Of a DNA stretch of 64,000 bases, positions 26,671 through 39,586 are shown piece by piece. The notes beneath the pieces were generated by a model, which ran no database searches, was not told the DNA's origin, and saw nothing but the letters and a program-made list of their open reading frames with translations. Both the position numbers and the translations under genes were made by a program. How positions within the stretch are numbered: position 1 is the first letter of the stretch; every line of letters starts with the position of its first letter. The stretch is taken from the NCBI RefSeq assembly GCF_018350175.1, contig NC_058368.1, positions 164,674,001 through 164,738,000 of the forward strand, read 5' to 3'. Source of the DNA: Felis catus (taxonomy: Eukaryota).

Positions 26671-27473
26671 GGTATGTTATATTTAGGGTTCTCCAAAACA
26701 GAACATAGCCTTATTTTATCTAGAGAATAGGCAATTTTTTTCTATAACTTTCCTGAATATATTTACTTAATTCCACATATAGTCTATTGCCAAGAGTGTC
26801 TGTTGCATACATATTTTACAGGACTAAAAATATTATTTTTGATGGCAGAACACAACACAATGACATTCATACAGATGAAAGACAAAATTTATTATTCTTA
26901 TAGATCCAAAACAGAGAAGTCTGTAAGACAAGGACGTACTTTGGGGACTGTGGATTGTTCCTAGTTGTGTGATATATTACTCCCAGACAGTGAAGGCTAG
27001 TGTATAGTGGCTTTGGAATGTGTGAGAGCCACATAAGGGAAATAGTAGGTGTAAACACAATCAGCTATTCAAGAAAGGTAACCAGAACCTCAAAGCATTA
27101 CCTCAAAATGGGATAAAGGCAGTGTTGAAAAAAAAAGAAAATAACAACAAAAATTATATTGCAGTTAACCCCTTGATGTCTTGAGATTAGTTTTGAGCTT
27201 ATTTGGTGTGTTTGAGTGGGCCAAATAGTAGAGAAATATAGAGAATATGACATCATAAATTGGCCCAAACGGTGTAGAAAACGTTTTAGTGTGAGAGTAA
27301 ATGGAGGAAGACAAATGGAAGTATAAGAAGTATTTTAGGCCATCCCATAACTAATTTCCCCATGATATGGCATTAGCCAAAAAACAAAAAGCAAACAAAC
27401 AAAAAAAAACCAGGTCAAGAATTTCAGAGTTTCCAATAATATCTTGGTAGATTTGTAAAATGTATTAAAAGTA

Positions 27474-27513
<40 letters not shown>

Positions 27514-27799
27514 TTATTGCAGTAATATTTTGGTGTGTTCCTTGAGTCAGAGTGGCAGGCTTATGTTGTTGGAAGATATGAACTGATAGTTTACTAAGGT
27601 AAATCTGTGGTATTTGTTTGTAACCAAGGGGAAGAAGTGGTTGTGGTGGGCATGGTCTGAAATGCTGGGTAAAGGTCATGGTGGAAACTGGAGTTGGGAA
27701 TAAAAGAAGGTGCTGAAGAGTGGGAGTCTTCTTGCCAGAGCATCAAGGGATGACTGATGTGAAACAGGTCCCCCTCAGAGAAACACTAATCTACATTAA

Positions 27800-28022
27800 T
27801 TTTCTTAAAAAAATTTTTCAATGTTTATTTATTTTTGAAAGAAAGAAAGATAAAGAGAGACAGAGTGGCGGAGGGGCAGAGAGAAAGAGGGAGACACAGA
27901 ATCCAAAACAGTCTCCAAAAGCAAGCTGTCAGCACAGAGCCGGATGCGGGACTTGAACTTATAAACTGTGAGATCATGACCTGAGCCAAAGTCAGGTGCT
28001 CAACCAAGTAACCCAGGAACCC
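27800..28022 (-). mobile_element. SINEC inserted in ERV internal region
   Basis: Antisense SINEC; TSD cattaatttt. Confidence 0.9.
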
Positions 28023-29414
28023 CTCCATTAATTTTTTAAATAGCATAGATAATACTAACCTGTATCTGATTTTTTTTCAGGCACAGGAGTGTAGGTGTAT
28101 ACATTTTGGCTGAGAATAAGTATGAGAGAGTCGGACTAAATAAATAGTGAATTCATCATTTGTAAGGAATCTCTATGTATCAAAAGAAGAAAAACAATAA
28201 ATATACCAAGTCCGATTTGTCAATGTCTTAGGAGGCATAGTCTGTAGACACTGCTAGGTCAATGATGTCAGTGTCTGAGATGAAGGTGTTTCTGGTGCAA
28301 GTGAAAAAAAAAATCATCTCCAATAGGGAGGTCTTTGGCTGGGACAATGTCCTATGAAATGAAGTTATCTTCTTGGTGATGAAAACATGAATTCTGGGCC
28401 CAGTGCATTGTCATCTGGGATATGGGAATAGAATATCCTTCTCTACTGAATTTTTACTTTGATGTTGGTCATATTTTTGTGTCTCCATGGAATTATAAGA
28501 CTGAGCCAGTTGTGGAATTTTAAGGCAGCTTTGGATCTGGGAGCTTGACTTGCAAATATCTTTTAAGTCAAGGGACTTTGTGGGTACCCAACTATCAAAG
28601 ATGATGCCAGCATCTTTGATACTGCCATGATTAGAGCAAATCACTGGAACCTAACACAATTAAATTAACACTCTCATTGAGGGTGGCCAAACTAAGATCT
28701 CAACAGTCTCAGGTTTTGCCCAGTTGGATGATGAGAGGGATTCTGCTGACAATAAACTTTAATCGTATGGCTCAATTCGGGTGCATATTTTTGATAGAAT
28801 GTCAGGTTTTCAGTTAAAGTATCTTTGGCTGAAGTTGGAGCTTTAGCATTAGCCTATAGGCATGCCCTCCAATTTAGTCAGTGACAGTAAACTCTATGTT
28901 TCAGTCATTGATTTGATTGGTGGCAGGCAAGCCAGCTTTTAATGTTATGTAAGCTTCAGCATTTGCTGTGTTTGGTTGAAACAACAGCTTATTTGAGGGT
29001 TTAGGCCTCTGGATCACATATCAGTGAGAGTACCCAGACCAATAATAAGACCAGCAGTCAACATAATGGTGTGCAGCTGCACTTGACAGGCTTTTGTTGA
29101 CTTTCCTGATATTGATTTTTCTCTAGCATGTATTTTTACCAAAGAGGGGTTGTTTGGCTTCATAATTATAAGATATGGTGTTGATTCCATTATTATCTCC
29201 AAATTTTATTTTTATTTACAAGTAGAGTGTTTTGTTTTGTTGCTGTTAATCTCCCTTCTTGGTAGTCTACTCTATTTGTGGGAATGGCCTAGGAACATTA
29301 ATTTTAAAACCTAAATATTACAGAAGATTTTTTGAGTAGTAGAAATTTAGTCTTAAATGGACCTCCTACAAGATGGTATTATGAATCTGTCAAATTAATA
29401 CTTATTTAGTGAAG

Positions 29415-29941
29415 TATAGGGTGCCAGATGGTGACCCACTATTTAACAGCATACAATAAGAAGAGTTGAAATAGAAAAGTTTATTACTCATAGTTCCTAG
29501 AAGAAATAACAGACATGCCTCAAAGGGCCACATAGGGAGATCAAGGCAGAGTACAGAAAGATATGCGATAGTACCTGAAGCACATGGCTTTATTAGGATC
29601 AATGGGTAAAGTGCTTTGGGGTTCCCAGGCAAAGGCTTGATTGACCAATTCAAACCAAAGAGCAGGATTTGAGAAACTCACATGATAGTCTTTCATAAGG
29701 AACACGTAAGGTGAAGGCATTCGGAAGCAGTGGAGACTGTTGACCACAGGGGCTATTGAGGAAGTTATTTCAGGAACTTTTATTTGCTTGCGACTCTATG
29801 GGCTGCTCTCTAGGTCATACACTTGGATGAGGGGGTTGGTGTCAGTTTAAGGTCACTGACACATTTTGTTAGCTACTTGGCCAAACAAAATGGATGCCAA
29901 GGCACCAATACAAGGAGCATAGCTTAGCTAAACCTTTGATA
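29415..29941 (-). mobile_element. ERVL-class solo LTR (MER76-like) nested inside the provirus
   Basis: 'agggtgccagatggtgacccacta', minus-strand polyA signal GAGTAATAAACT, TATA-like CCTAATAAAGCC, CCAAT boxes. Confidence 0.65.
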
Positions 29942-30649
29942 GATGTGCAGGTGCCTGGCCCCTCTGGAACAGACAGCTATGAGATGATCTATGGTTAATA
30001 GATACTAGAAGAGTATGTGCCCTCCATCTGGCTTCCAGCCCTTCTGAGGTAGAGGCAGAATCAAAAACCCATAAAGACGGGGGTATAGAGTATTAAAGAA
30101 ACTCATAAATAATGAATCTTTATATACACAGAGGCAAGAGTATCCCTCTTTAAATATAGAAAAGGATGATGGGAAGATTTTGCTAAAGTTGATGTGAAGT
30201 GTGAGTTGGCCAAGAGGGTTTGAATTAAGAATGATTAAGGTTGGGGAAAGATAGAGACCCATTTATCAATGCATTTGTTATTGTGGAACTTAAATAGGAG
30301 TTCTGTGAGGAGCCCATTAGGGCCTTTCAATTAAACCAGCTCCCTGGAACCTATCAGAGAAATGAAAGTTTCATAGAATATCTTCTTCGAAAACCTGGCA
30401 TTGTGTATTCTGAGAAGTGAAATGGTGGGTTGACAACTACTAGTAATGTCTAGTAATTCATAGGGGATAAGCAGTATTCTAATGAGACCTTGTCTTGTGG
30501 CCTTAGTCTTTGCACAGACATGGGTGACCTTGATTTATATTTTGGATATTGTGAGGCAAGAGATTCCCAGAGTTCTCCACCATGAATGGAACAACTCTTT
30601 GGCTATAGCTCAAAAGGTACAGATGAGACCATTTACTGACCAGGGCAAT

Positions 30650-30868
30650 ATTTTTTTTGTTTTTGTTTTTTAATGTTCATTTATTTTATAGAGAGAAAGA
30701 GCACAAGTTGGGAAGGAGGAGAGAGAGAGGGAGACACAGAATCTGAAGCAAGCTCCAGGCTCTGAGCTGTCAGCACAGAGCCTGATGTGGGGCTCAAACT
30801 CACAAACCGTGAGGTCATGACCTGAGCCAAAGTTGGATGCTTAACTGACTGAGTCATCCAGGCACCCC
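30650..30868 (-). mobile_element. SINEC inserted in ERV internal region
   Basis: Antisense SINEC; TSD tgaccagg. Confidence 0.93.
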
Positions 30869-31720
30869 AGTGACCAGGTAAATGTTAATATGGCTACCTA
30901 AAGTTTGGCCAATTATGTTGACCTTTGGGTTTCCATCTTTTGTCAGAGTCATCCTGATGAAGAGATAGAAAGCCACAAAATTCCATTGAGCCTCTTGTGA
31001 CTTATGATAGCTGCAGTGCCACTCACACACTCTGTTGGACTACATTGCTATTCACTCAGTTAATCCCAAGGGATTTTCCAGGTTGTCAAGGGGTTTGAGA
31101 GAAGGATGACCTCCTCTAGTGTAGCATCTGGGTGTATGAAATTTGCTGATGATAGCAGCAATATATGTAACAGCCAAGAAGACAGGCAGGCCATTAGTTC
31201 CACCTGAGCAGCACCAACAAGGAGAGCAGGGTGCCATTTCTCTACTGTTGGGCAGCCTAACCAATGCTTTCCTCCAACTCCAAACACACAGACACACTAG
31301 AGTTCTGCCCCTGAATAACCATAAAGAAACACCAATACCAAAGAAATGGTATCCCTTAGGATAGATCCCTCTTAAATGCAGTCTTGATCTGAAACACACC
31401 TGAATGCTTAACCTGAGAAGATGTGGCTCAAGTGGCCTGTCACTTCTGTCACTCTAAGTTAGGCTTCGTCTGTGCTAATATCTAGCCCAAGAAGTTTAGG
31501 CAATTAACACTATTCATTTTGAGTATTCCCATGGCCAAGATATTTGAATAAGGAGAGTCATGACACCTACCTGCAGGCACAGTGGCAAGCAACAAGGCTT
31601 TAGCTAAGCTCACATTGCTCATGTGGTAGCTTGGAACCAATTAATGAAATAAGAACAGTCCCTTATGAAGCTATCCAAGAGTTAGTAGTCAAGGTCATGC
31701 CATCCTGTTCTCACAGTGTC

Positions 31721-32171
31721 TGTTGTTTTAAGATTTAAAGATTCTTTTGGTGGTGGAACACAATGAAGTGAATGAGACTCATGAATCAAAGGCAATACTC
31801 TTACTTATAACTCCAAATGAGACAAGACTGCCAAGCAAACTCAAACAAGAGGTTGTACCTAGGACAGGGTAACAGCAAGCTGGAGCTGCAGGTGGTGGCT
31901 TATGTATGGCAAGGGGAATGAGCTTAGCTAAGTTTTTCAACATCCCTGTGAATTGGCTAACTTTTATAATTTCTCTTGGTCTTTGGGGCATAGAGGCTGA
32001 CCCTAGTTGTCTGGACCTAGTTCACCTGACCTGAGGGTGATTACAGCTTGTGCATAGTGCCACAAGAGTGCAGAAGCCACATTTAAGGTTGGGTGTGGAT
32101 TTAACTTTCAAGAAGGAAAGCCAACCAAATTCTGGTCTCAAACTGGGTCTCAAAACTTGGTTAAGACAGCA
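31721..32171 (-). mobile_element. 5' LTR of the provirus (MER54/MER74-like, ERVL class)
   Basis: Motif 'attggctaa..ataattt..ggggcatagaggctgaccctagttgtctggaccta'; immediately adjacent to PBS. Confidence 0.7.
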
Positions 32172-32234
32172 TTAAAACAAATAAACAACAAAACACTATA
32201 TCATAATATATTATTTGATAATTTTTTAAATAAA

Positions 32235-32530
32235 TGATTATCAAATACCATATGATTTCACTCATGTGGAATTTAAGAAACAAAACAGATGAACATAGGG
32301 GAAGGGAAAAAAAGAGGAAGACGATGCATAAGAGACTCTTAACTATAGAGAAAAAACGGAAGGTTGATGGTGGGGAGGCGGGCAGGGGATGGTCTAAATG
32401 GGTGATGGGTATTAGGACAGTACTTGTGATGAGCACTGGGTGTTATATGTAAGTAATGAATCACTAAATTCAACTCCTAAAACCAATATTACACTAGATG
32501 TTAACTAGCTAAAAAATTTAAGAAGAAAAA
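32235..32530 (+). mobile_element. Short 5'-truncated carnivore L1 3' end
   Basis: 'ccatatgatttcactcatgtggaatttaagaaacaaaacagatgaacat' through 'gttaactagc' plus A tail. Confidence 0.9.
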
Positions 32531-33934
32531 AGTGATTTTATATTAGGAAAGGCTGCCTGATGAAGCATACTTCAATATAAATGTAATAATAAAGTGCATG
32601 ATTTGGCAAAAACATAGATGAACTTGCTTCTTTGGCCTATTGAATCTTTATAGTCCACATTGCCCTTGTACATTTTTATGCAGTCTGATAAAAAAATGAA
32701 TTGTCAGTTGACTTTAAATGCAGAATTAATGTACATGAAACTCAGATTAGAGATATTAACAGGTGGGTACCAGATAAAGAAATTGTTTAAGCAGGAAGAG
32801 AGTTGAGATCACTTAGCTACATATATTTTTTTTTTACAAAAGAAAAAAAAGTATGGCACAGGGAGTTACTAAGGTACTTATACAAAGTCAGAGTTTATAA
32901 ATGCCACAGTCAAGATTCGAAACTGACTCTTGGGGTCTCCAGACTTTCTTGATTCATTCTCCATTAACACTATTTTTCAAGCTTTGTGAACCAAGTTTCT
33001 TTAATCAAAATTACTTAATTTTAAGCAAATTCTTAATCTCTACAAAATGGATATTGTTCATCTTCATCAAGATGAAGATTTCCTGACATTATTTCTCAGG
33101 TTTATGTTAAATACATTAAAAAGCTTGAGAAGTGTCAAATAATAAAATGATATCATAAAACTGCTGTCTTTGGGACATAGACATAAAATAATCAGAAAAC
33201 ATATGGATTACATTTAACTTTACTGAGGAACGCTCTAAGAAAATGGTAGAACCGTCTTTGGGGGTTTTATAACTTAGCTTTGCAGAGTGAGTTGATCAGT
33301 GTTAGCCAATTTCAATCAGATGAATAATGATGATACTTACATATCTTATTCACATCATGTTTTATGCTGTACTCTACCTAACTAAATATATGCTTTGATT
33401 TTTTTTTTACTTTAAAGATGTTAGGCCATGAATATGTATTTTAAATTGTTTGTAAAAGTCAATATTAACTTCTATTCAGGCCACTATCAATATCTTCCCT
33501 TTTAATATCTCTAATATCAGTAATAATGGAATTTCAACTGCCTCTTTCCTTTTTCTTCTTTCCTGTCCAATTGATCTCTGTGTTACTGATTGCTTTGTAG
33601 TTGATCAGCATGAGTTACTACTCCTAAGCAATATGATTCCACTCAAAATGATGCTTTTGGGCTACCAATCATAGGCAAAGCACAGCATGAGGGTTGTAAT
33701 ACAAGATTGTGAACTCTACCCATGATCCAAAAAGACGTGATTTTTCTATGTATCTTAGTAATTTTCCACAAAAATTGGCTTCAAAAAATATTCTCATATT
33801 TTAAAACTCCAAACATTTTAAATGGAAACTTCTATAAACTTTTCTTAAAGTCTCTTTTGAACTGCCTAAGAGCTGTTGTTATTTAATTAACAAAACAAAT
33901 GTGAATGCTCCATAGGTTTTCTTTTTCTATATAT

Positions 33935-34010
33935 TTTAGTACAATATCATAGTACAATATTTAGCATAATATTTAGTGGAATATTTAGTATAATAATTTT
34001 TTAGTACAAT
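33935..34010. repeat. Degenerate 12-mer tandem repeat (atttagtacaat-like)
   Basis: Several imperfect copies of tagtacaatat / aatatttag. Confidence 0.6.
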
Positions 34011-34389
34011 AACTTTTAATATGAGGGAGAGGAATAAGATGACTGTACTGTTTGTTTTCTGGGTTCTTTTAATTGCTTATTTGTTTGATTTTTACCTTAA
34101 GAGTAAAGATTTCTAAAATTACTTTCATAAACATTGGAATTCCAAGGACTTTTGTTGTTTTTTACTTCTATCTAATTCATTGACAGCTAAAATTCGAATT
34201 TGATTATAGCAAAGTATAAAATACTCCAACAATGAAGGATGCTGAAGAGACAAGGTAAAGCCAAAGAAATTTTAATCTTTTTAACAGTATTTACTATTTT
34301 CTTAAAAACAAAATTAATTGTCTATTTCATGATTTCTGTATGTCAATAGGAAGTCACTGGTTAATTTTTTAAAAATACTGTTTACTCAA

Positions 34390-34910
34390 ACAAATGAAAC
34401 AGAATAGAGATAAACAGAATAGAGATAGACATAAACCTACACATATATAGTCAACTGATCTTCCAAAACACCAAAAAGGTACCAAGAAAATAGAATGGGG
34501 AAAGAATAATGTCTTCAATAAATGGTACTGGGAAACTAGATACTCACATGCAAAAGAATTAAATTAAACCCTTATCTTGGACCATCCACAAAAATCAACT
34601 AAAAATAGATTAAAGACTATGTTGTGTTAAACACAACATCTGAAATATAAAAGATTTGTATATAAATGCAGGAAAAAGAAAACACAGAACAAAAGACATT
34701 AGTCTTGACATTTATATTTTCAATTTGAAATCAAAACACAGATAACAAAAGCAAAAATAAATAAGTGGAACTACATCAAACTAACAGCAAAGGAAACAAT
34801 CAATAGAGGGAAAAGACAAACTACAGAATTGGAGAAAACATTTGTAAACCATATTTCTGATAAAAGGTTATCCAGAATATGTAAGGTACTCCTACAACTC
34901 AAGAGCGAAT
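34390..34910 (+). mobile_element. Old L1M ORF2 fragment followed by (TAC)n
   Basis: 'cttcaataaatggtactgggaaactagatactcacatgcaaaaga', 'ggaactacatcaaacta'. Confidence 0.85.
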
Positions 34911-35198
34911 ACTACTACTACTGCTACTACTACTGTTACTACTACTAATAATAATAAAGAGGAATTTAACAACCGAGTGCTTCAGGTTTAAAGGTATATA
35001 TTCTCAGTAGAGTTTTTAGTTTTGAGTTTCCTGGGTTGACAAATTGTATCTGTAATACTTAGTTAATTCAATACAATTCTTTTTTGTTTGACGGTGTGGT
35101 ATGCTAATAGAAAGACATGTGAAAGAAGTTTACCATGAATTTATTTGGTGGGAGCTGGCAGGAAGGGGTTATTCTCCTTAAACACAAGGTTAAATCAT

Positions 35199-35445
35199 TG
35201 GGCGCCTGGGTGACTCAGTCAGTTAAGCGTCCGACTTCTGCTCAGGTCATGATCTTGCGGTTCCTGGGTTTGAGCCCCGCATTGGGCTCTGTGCTGACAG
35301 CTCAGACAGAGCCTGGAGCCTGCTTCACATTCTGTCTCCCTCTCTCTCTGCCACTCCCCCACTCACACTCTGTATCTCTCTCTCTCTCTCAAAAATAAAT
35401 GAACATTAAAAAAGAAAAGTACTCTTAAAAAAAAAAAAAAAAAAC
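35199..35445 (+). mobile_element. SINEC
   Basis: Head/body/tail; TSD aaacacaaggttaaa(t/g)cat. Confidence 0.95.
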
Positions 35446-36040
35446 CAAAACACAAGGTTAAAGCATGAATCCTAGAAGAGTGAGTTTCCCTAAATCTGAT
35501 TTATCAACTTCCAACTGTCTTCTCTTGGCTATACCTGAACAAAGCTCCTAAGGACATAGCTAGTTTAGTACATTTTTATGTGGTTTTGTGAACTACAGCC
35601 TTCACCCATTAAATTTTATTTTAATTTTTATAACAATTTTTATTGGTTAATATAATCTTATATGTGTTTATATATATATATATGTATATTTATGAATTAT
35701 TAAGTATCATATCACCTGTGAAATAGAGTCTTGTGTACTTTTGGCCTGAACTAGAAACAGCTAAGGTAGAATGATATAAAGTATAAAGACACTAAATTAG
35801 AAGTTGGAAAACTGTAGTTCTTTCAGTAGATAGTTTTGGCTGTGTAATATAGGTCTTGGGGAGTTGATGTCCCCTTATATAAGGTGAAGGTACATGGTTA
35901 AAGCATTTACAATTTTTTTTAAAATTAATATGTTATGAATCCATGAGCCTTCTCTGGTTTCCATGTTTCACTCTGAGCTTAACTGGGAAACTTTATCAAG
36001 ATTAAATTCTATCTCATCCTTAAATTCTGGTGTTGGGCAA

Positions 36041-36550
36041 TATAGGAGACAGAATAAGATGTCCATATCTTATGGGGTTACTGGGTGGCTCAGTGGGTTA
36101 AGTGTCTGACTCTTGATTTTGGCTCAGGTCATGATCTCATGGTTTGTGATACTGAGCACCGCAGTAGGCTCTACACTGACACTCTATACTGACAACGCAA
36201 AGCCTGCTTAGGATTCTCTCTTCTTCTCTCTGCCTCTCTTCTCCTCATGTACGCATTCTCTCTCTCTCTGTTTCTCAAAAATAAATAAATAAACATTAAA
36301 AAAAAGATGTCCATATTCTAATCCCCAAACATGTGAATAGGTTTTGTTACAAGGAAAAAATGGAATGAACTTTGTAGATGGAATTAAGATTGCTAATGAG
36401 ATAACTAATAAAATAGGGAAATTATCCTGAATTATCTGAGAGGCCCCATTCTAATCACATGAGCTCTTAAAAGTAGGAGAGCAAGACAGAAAAGTGGGTT
36501 AAGAAGATGAGATTAACAAAAGAAGGAGCCTTTCCAAGCATGAGAAGTAC
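36041..36550 (+). mobile_element. MLT1 LTR fragment interrupted by a SINEC
   Basis: 'gatgtccatattctaatcccc..tgtgaata', 'gggaaattatcctgaattatc', 'taatcacatgagctcttaaaagt'. Confidence 0.8.
36073..36305 (+). mobile_element. SINEC nested in MLT1
   Basis: TSD aagatgtccatat. Confidence 0.92.
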
Positions 36551-38935
36551 TCAGAGTAGAAACTCTTGGATTAATCTCCACTTAACCCATTTACTTGATT
36601 AACCAAAATTTTGCACTCCCTTTTCTCCACCATTTGTATTATTTATTTATCAGTAAATAATGAGTTTAGATCCTGAACTCTGTATAATCAAAGACTATGC
36701 CTTTGCCCTTATGAAAAAAATCAATACGTTATGATTTACTGGAATGTTTTAGATTAAAACAAAATTAACCTAGGTTTTCAGTTAAAGGACTGGGATGTAG
36801 TATTCTATGATCACACAAGTATATAAATGTAAATGGTGTTAAATGGTACAGTGACATACTGGGGTATTCAGAAGGCTGGGCAATCTAGTCTGGGTGATAA
36901 AGAAAGTATTCTCTGAAAAAACACTGATGCAAAGTGTTTAAAGATTATAGAATGTATTATATAATTACAATGATGTTATATTATTTGCTTTTATTTCTTT
37001 AAAACCACTTACTCCATTTATACCATGTTCAAATACTCTAGTAGGCTGTCAAAATATAAGAATGATTTAGACACAATCCTAACACTCAGGAAATTTATCC
37101 TCTCATGAGCCATTTTCCATAGAATAGCAGTAATCAAATTTCTGTCTCTTGCCCTCACAATTCTCTTCATTTTATGTTCCTTCTCTTGCATAGAGGAAAA
37201 TTGCAAATACTTGTTTTATTATCAAAGGATACAATAATTTCCTGAATATTTTATTATTTACAGTTTTCCAGTCTTCTCTGGTGCTCAGAGGGCATTGAAC
37301 AATTTGGCAAGTTTTTAGCACTGTTTTAGCCAGGTCACTCATCATTGGTATTGTAATGACTGAACAGAAGTAGAGCACTCTCTTTGCAGCTGATTTTTTT
37401 CAGGTGTGCTCTTTATAGCAGTCCTAATGGGCAGACAGTTCACTGCATCTCTAGCTGTTGGCATATGGCATCCAGGAGGACAAGGCAGCCCAGACAGCCC
37501 ATCAGATTAACCATGTAATAGACCCAGAAGCTGCTTTAAAGCTGTAAAACAAAATTGCTTATGGAGTCTGCCAGCACGCCAGATGCTGCTATTGGAAGAA
37601 ATATCTTCCAGTGCTTAGCATCTGGGTTTCATGGTTGCCAGAAAAAAAAGGGAAAAAGAATTGGCAATTCACTACTAATCAGATTGCTTTTGCAATATAA
37701 ATTTTTTTAATATTTTTTAAATGTCAAACGCATTATATTGCGGTAAAGGTTAAAATTGGGTCTCTCTCATGTATGCCACTATTAACCCACATCTTCCATA
37801 CAATTCTTATGCAGCTGGTTGGTTATTATCTAAACAAATCAGAACACTGAGAACTTGAATTTGAATGTGAATTTTCAGTCTGTTTCCAATATGCTTATTT
37901 TATTGATATTTTGCATAATAACATTCCTGCCAACTGAATATAAATTTTATATTTAAACAAGGTAAGAAGTAATGTTTTCATATTTGCATCCACTAGTTTG
38001 TTTCCTGACTGCCAATTATATAATTGAATATTATAACAAAAGATAAAACTCCCAAACATCAATCAGCTGTTTTTCACCAGAATTGTTTTTCTAAGCCAGA
38101 TAAAAAATGGGTTTGATAAATTTCATGTAAAGCCAATTAGATTTAGTCTTTAAGCCCAAACACAAGGTGAGTCATTTCTTGTCAATTATATAATTTATCA
38201 ATATTCTTTCATTTTGAAGAAAACACTTAATATGTTTAGACTTCTTAAAATTGATATAGTGTGTCCAAAAAAATAACTTGTGTTAACTCTCATCATAAAT
38301 GCTAACATATTTTCCTGACTCAGATGATTCTTTCTATACTGCTCAAAACAAATTGCTTGAACATAGGTAGTGAATGTGAAAGATCTCCTAAAACTTTCGG
38401 TTTTGTATGTTTCAACATTTAGCACCTTAATATACAGGATGCCAAAATGGATTAATTCTCCAATTTTGCCATAATGATTATATACAATTTTTGTCAGAAA
38501 GCTACTAGTTTTAAATACTTGTAAATCCAAACACCTCATCTTAAACTACCATTGCATTCAAAACCAACTTCAGGACATATGAATATGTTGTTAACTTTTA
38601 CTCATTACTATACCATAGGGTGACATTAAGTCAGCTATGCAAACTTAGATTGTTTTGGATATGGAAAATATTACTTAATTCTTAGACTACAATTATGAAA
38701 CTGTTGTCAATATTCTGGGGTAAATAAGTAACAGATAGAATTTTATTGAATCTGAGATTTTTTAAATTTAATTTTTCTTAAGTTCTTTAACTGAAACGAA
38801 TACTTATTGTTCAAAATTTTGGAGAACTATGTGACAGTGTGTGTCCAATTTAAAGTGCATACCCTCGGGTGTAAGAACTATAGTAGAACAATCTAAAATA
38901 TATGTTTTCACATGGGCACAATTTTATATACGTGA

Positions 38936-38936
<1 letters not shown>

Positions 38937-38973
<37 letters not shown>
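38937..38973. repeat. (TG)n microsatellite
   Basis: Direct read. Confidence 0.95.
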
Positions 38974-38977
<4 letters not shown>

Positions 38978-39329
38978 TTCTTTACTTGTAGTACAAACAT
39001 AGAAATGATCTAAATGTTTATCAATGGAGTATGGTTAATAAGTTAAATTAATTATGTAATATGGTATCTTTTGTTCTTGATAAAAAGGAAATAAAAGAAG
39101 GAAAACAGATTTCTTTGTAACCACAAGAAAACCATTGAGTATTGAACAAAAAGAGAAATACACACAGATTTTTCTAGAGTATAATCTGATTTGTAACTAT
39201 TAAAAAACTAAATGTCCATATTTATATACTTATTTGTATGTTTATAACAGTGTCCCTAGGAAAAGCAGTGCAGTAGGGGAAGATGCTGAGAGTCTACAAC
39301 ATTGCACTCAATGTATTTCTGTAATGTGT

Positions 39330-39586
39330 TATTGTATATATGTATATATATATATAGTGTGTGTGTATACATATATATATTTTGTATATGTATATTATGT
39401 TTATTGATTTTTGAGAGGGAGTGAGCAGGGGAGGGTCAGAAAGACAGGGAGACCCAGAATCCAAAGCAGGCTCCAGGCTCTGAGCTGCCAACACTGAGCC
39501 CAATGTGGGGCTCAAACTCATGAACTGTGAGACCATGACCTGAGCTGAAGTCAGATGCTTAACTAACTGAGTCACCCAGGCACTCC
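39330..39586 (-). mobile_element. SINEC with TA/TG-converted tail
   Basis: Antisense SINEC ending gagtcacccaggcactcc. Confidence 0.9.

Larger units (their letters stand above)
27550..31720 (-). mobile_element. Degenerate class III (ERVL/ERV-S-like) endogenous retrovirus internal region; PBS, gag/pro-like, integrase and env-like relics
   Basis: PBS-like 31702-31720; integrase motif QGAGLIER/PNGLL at about 30300-30350; same-frame ORF remnants 29014-29202 and 28411-28644; left boundary uncertain. Confidence 0.7.

Noticed and set aside
34196..34260. Possible plus-strand exon ending AAG/GTAAAG
   Set aside because: Stops in all three frames and no partner exons
37403..37520. Acceptor-like tttttttcag/G followed by short open frames
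   Set aside because: All frames close within 40 codons and none is recognisable
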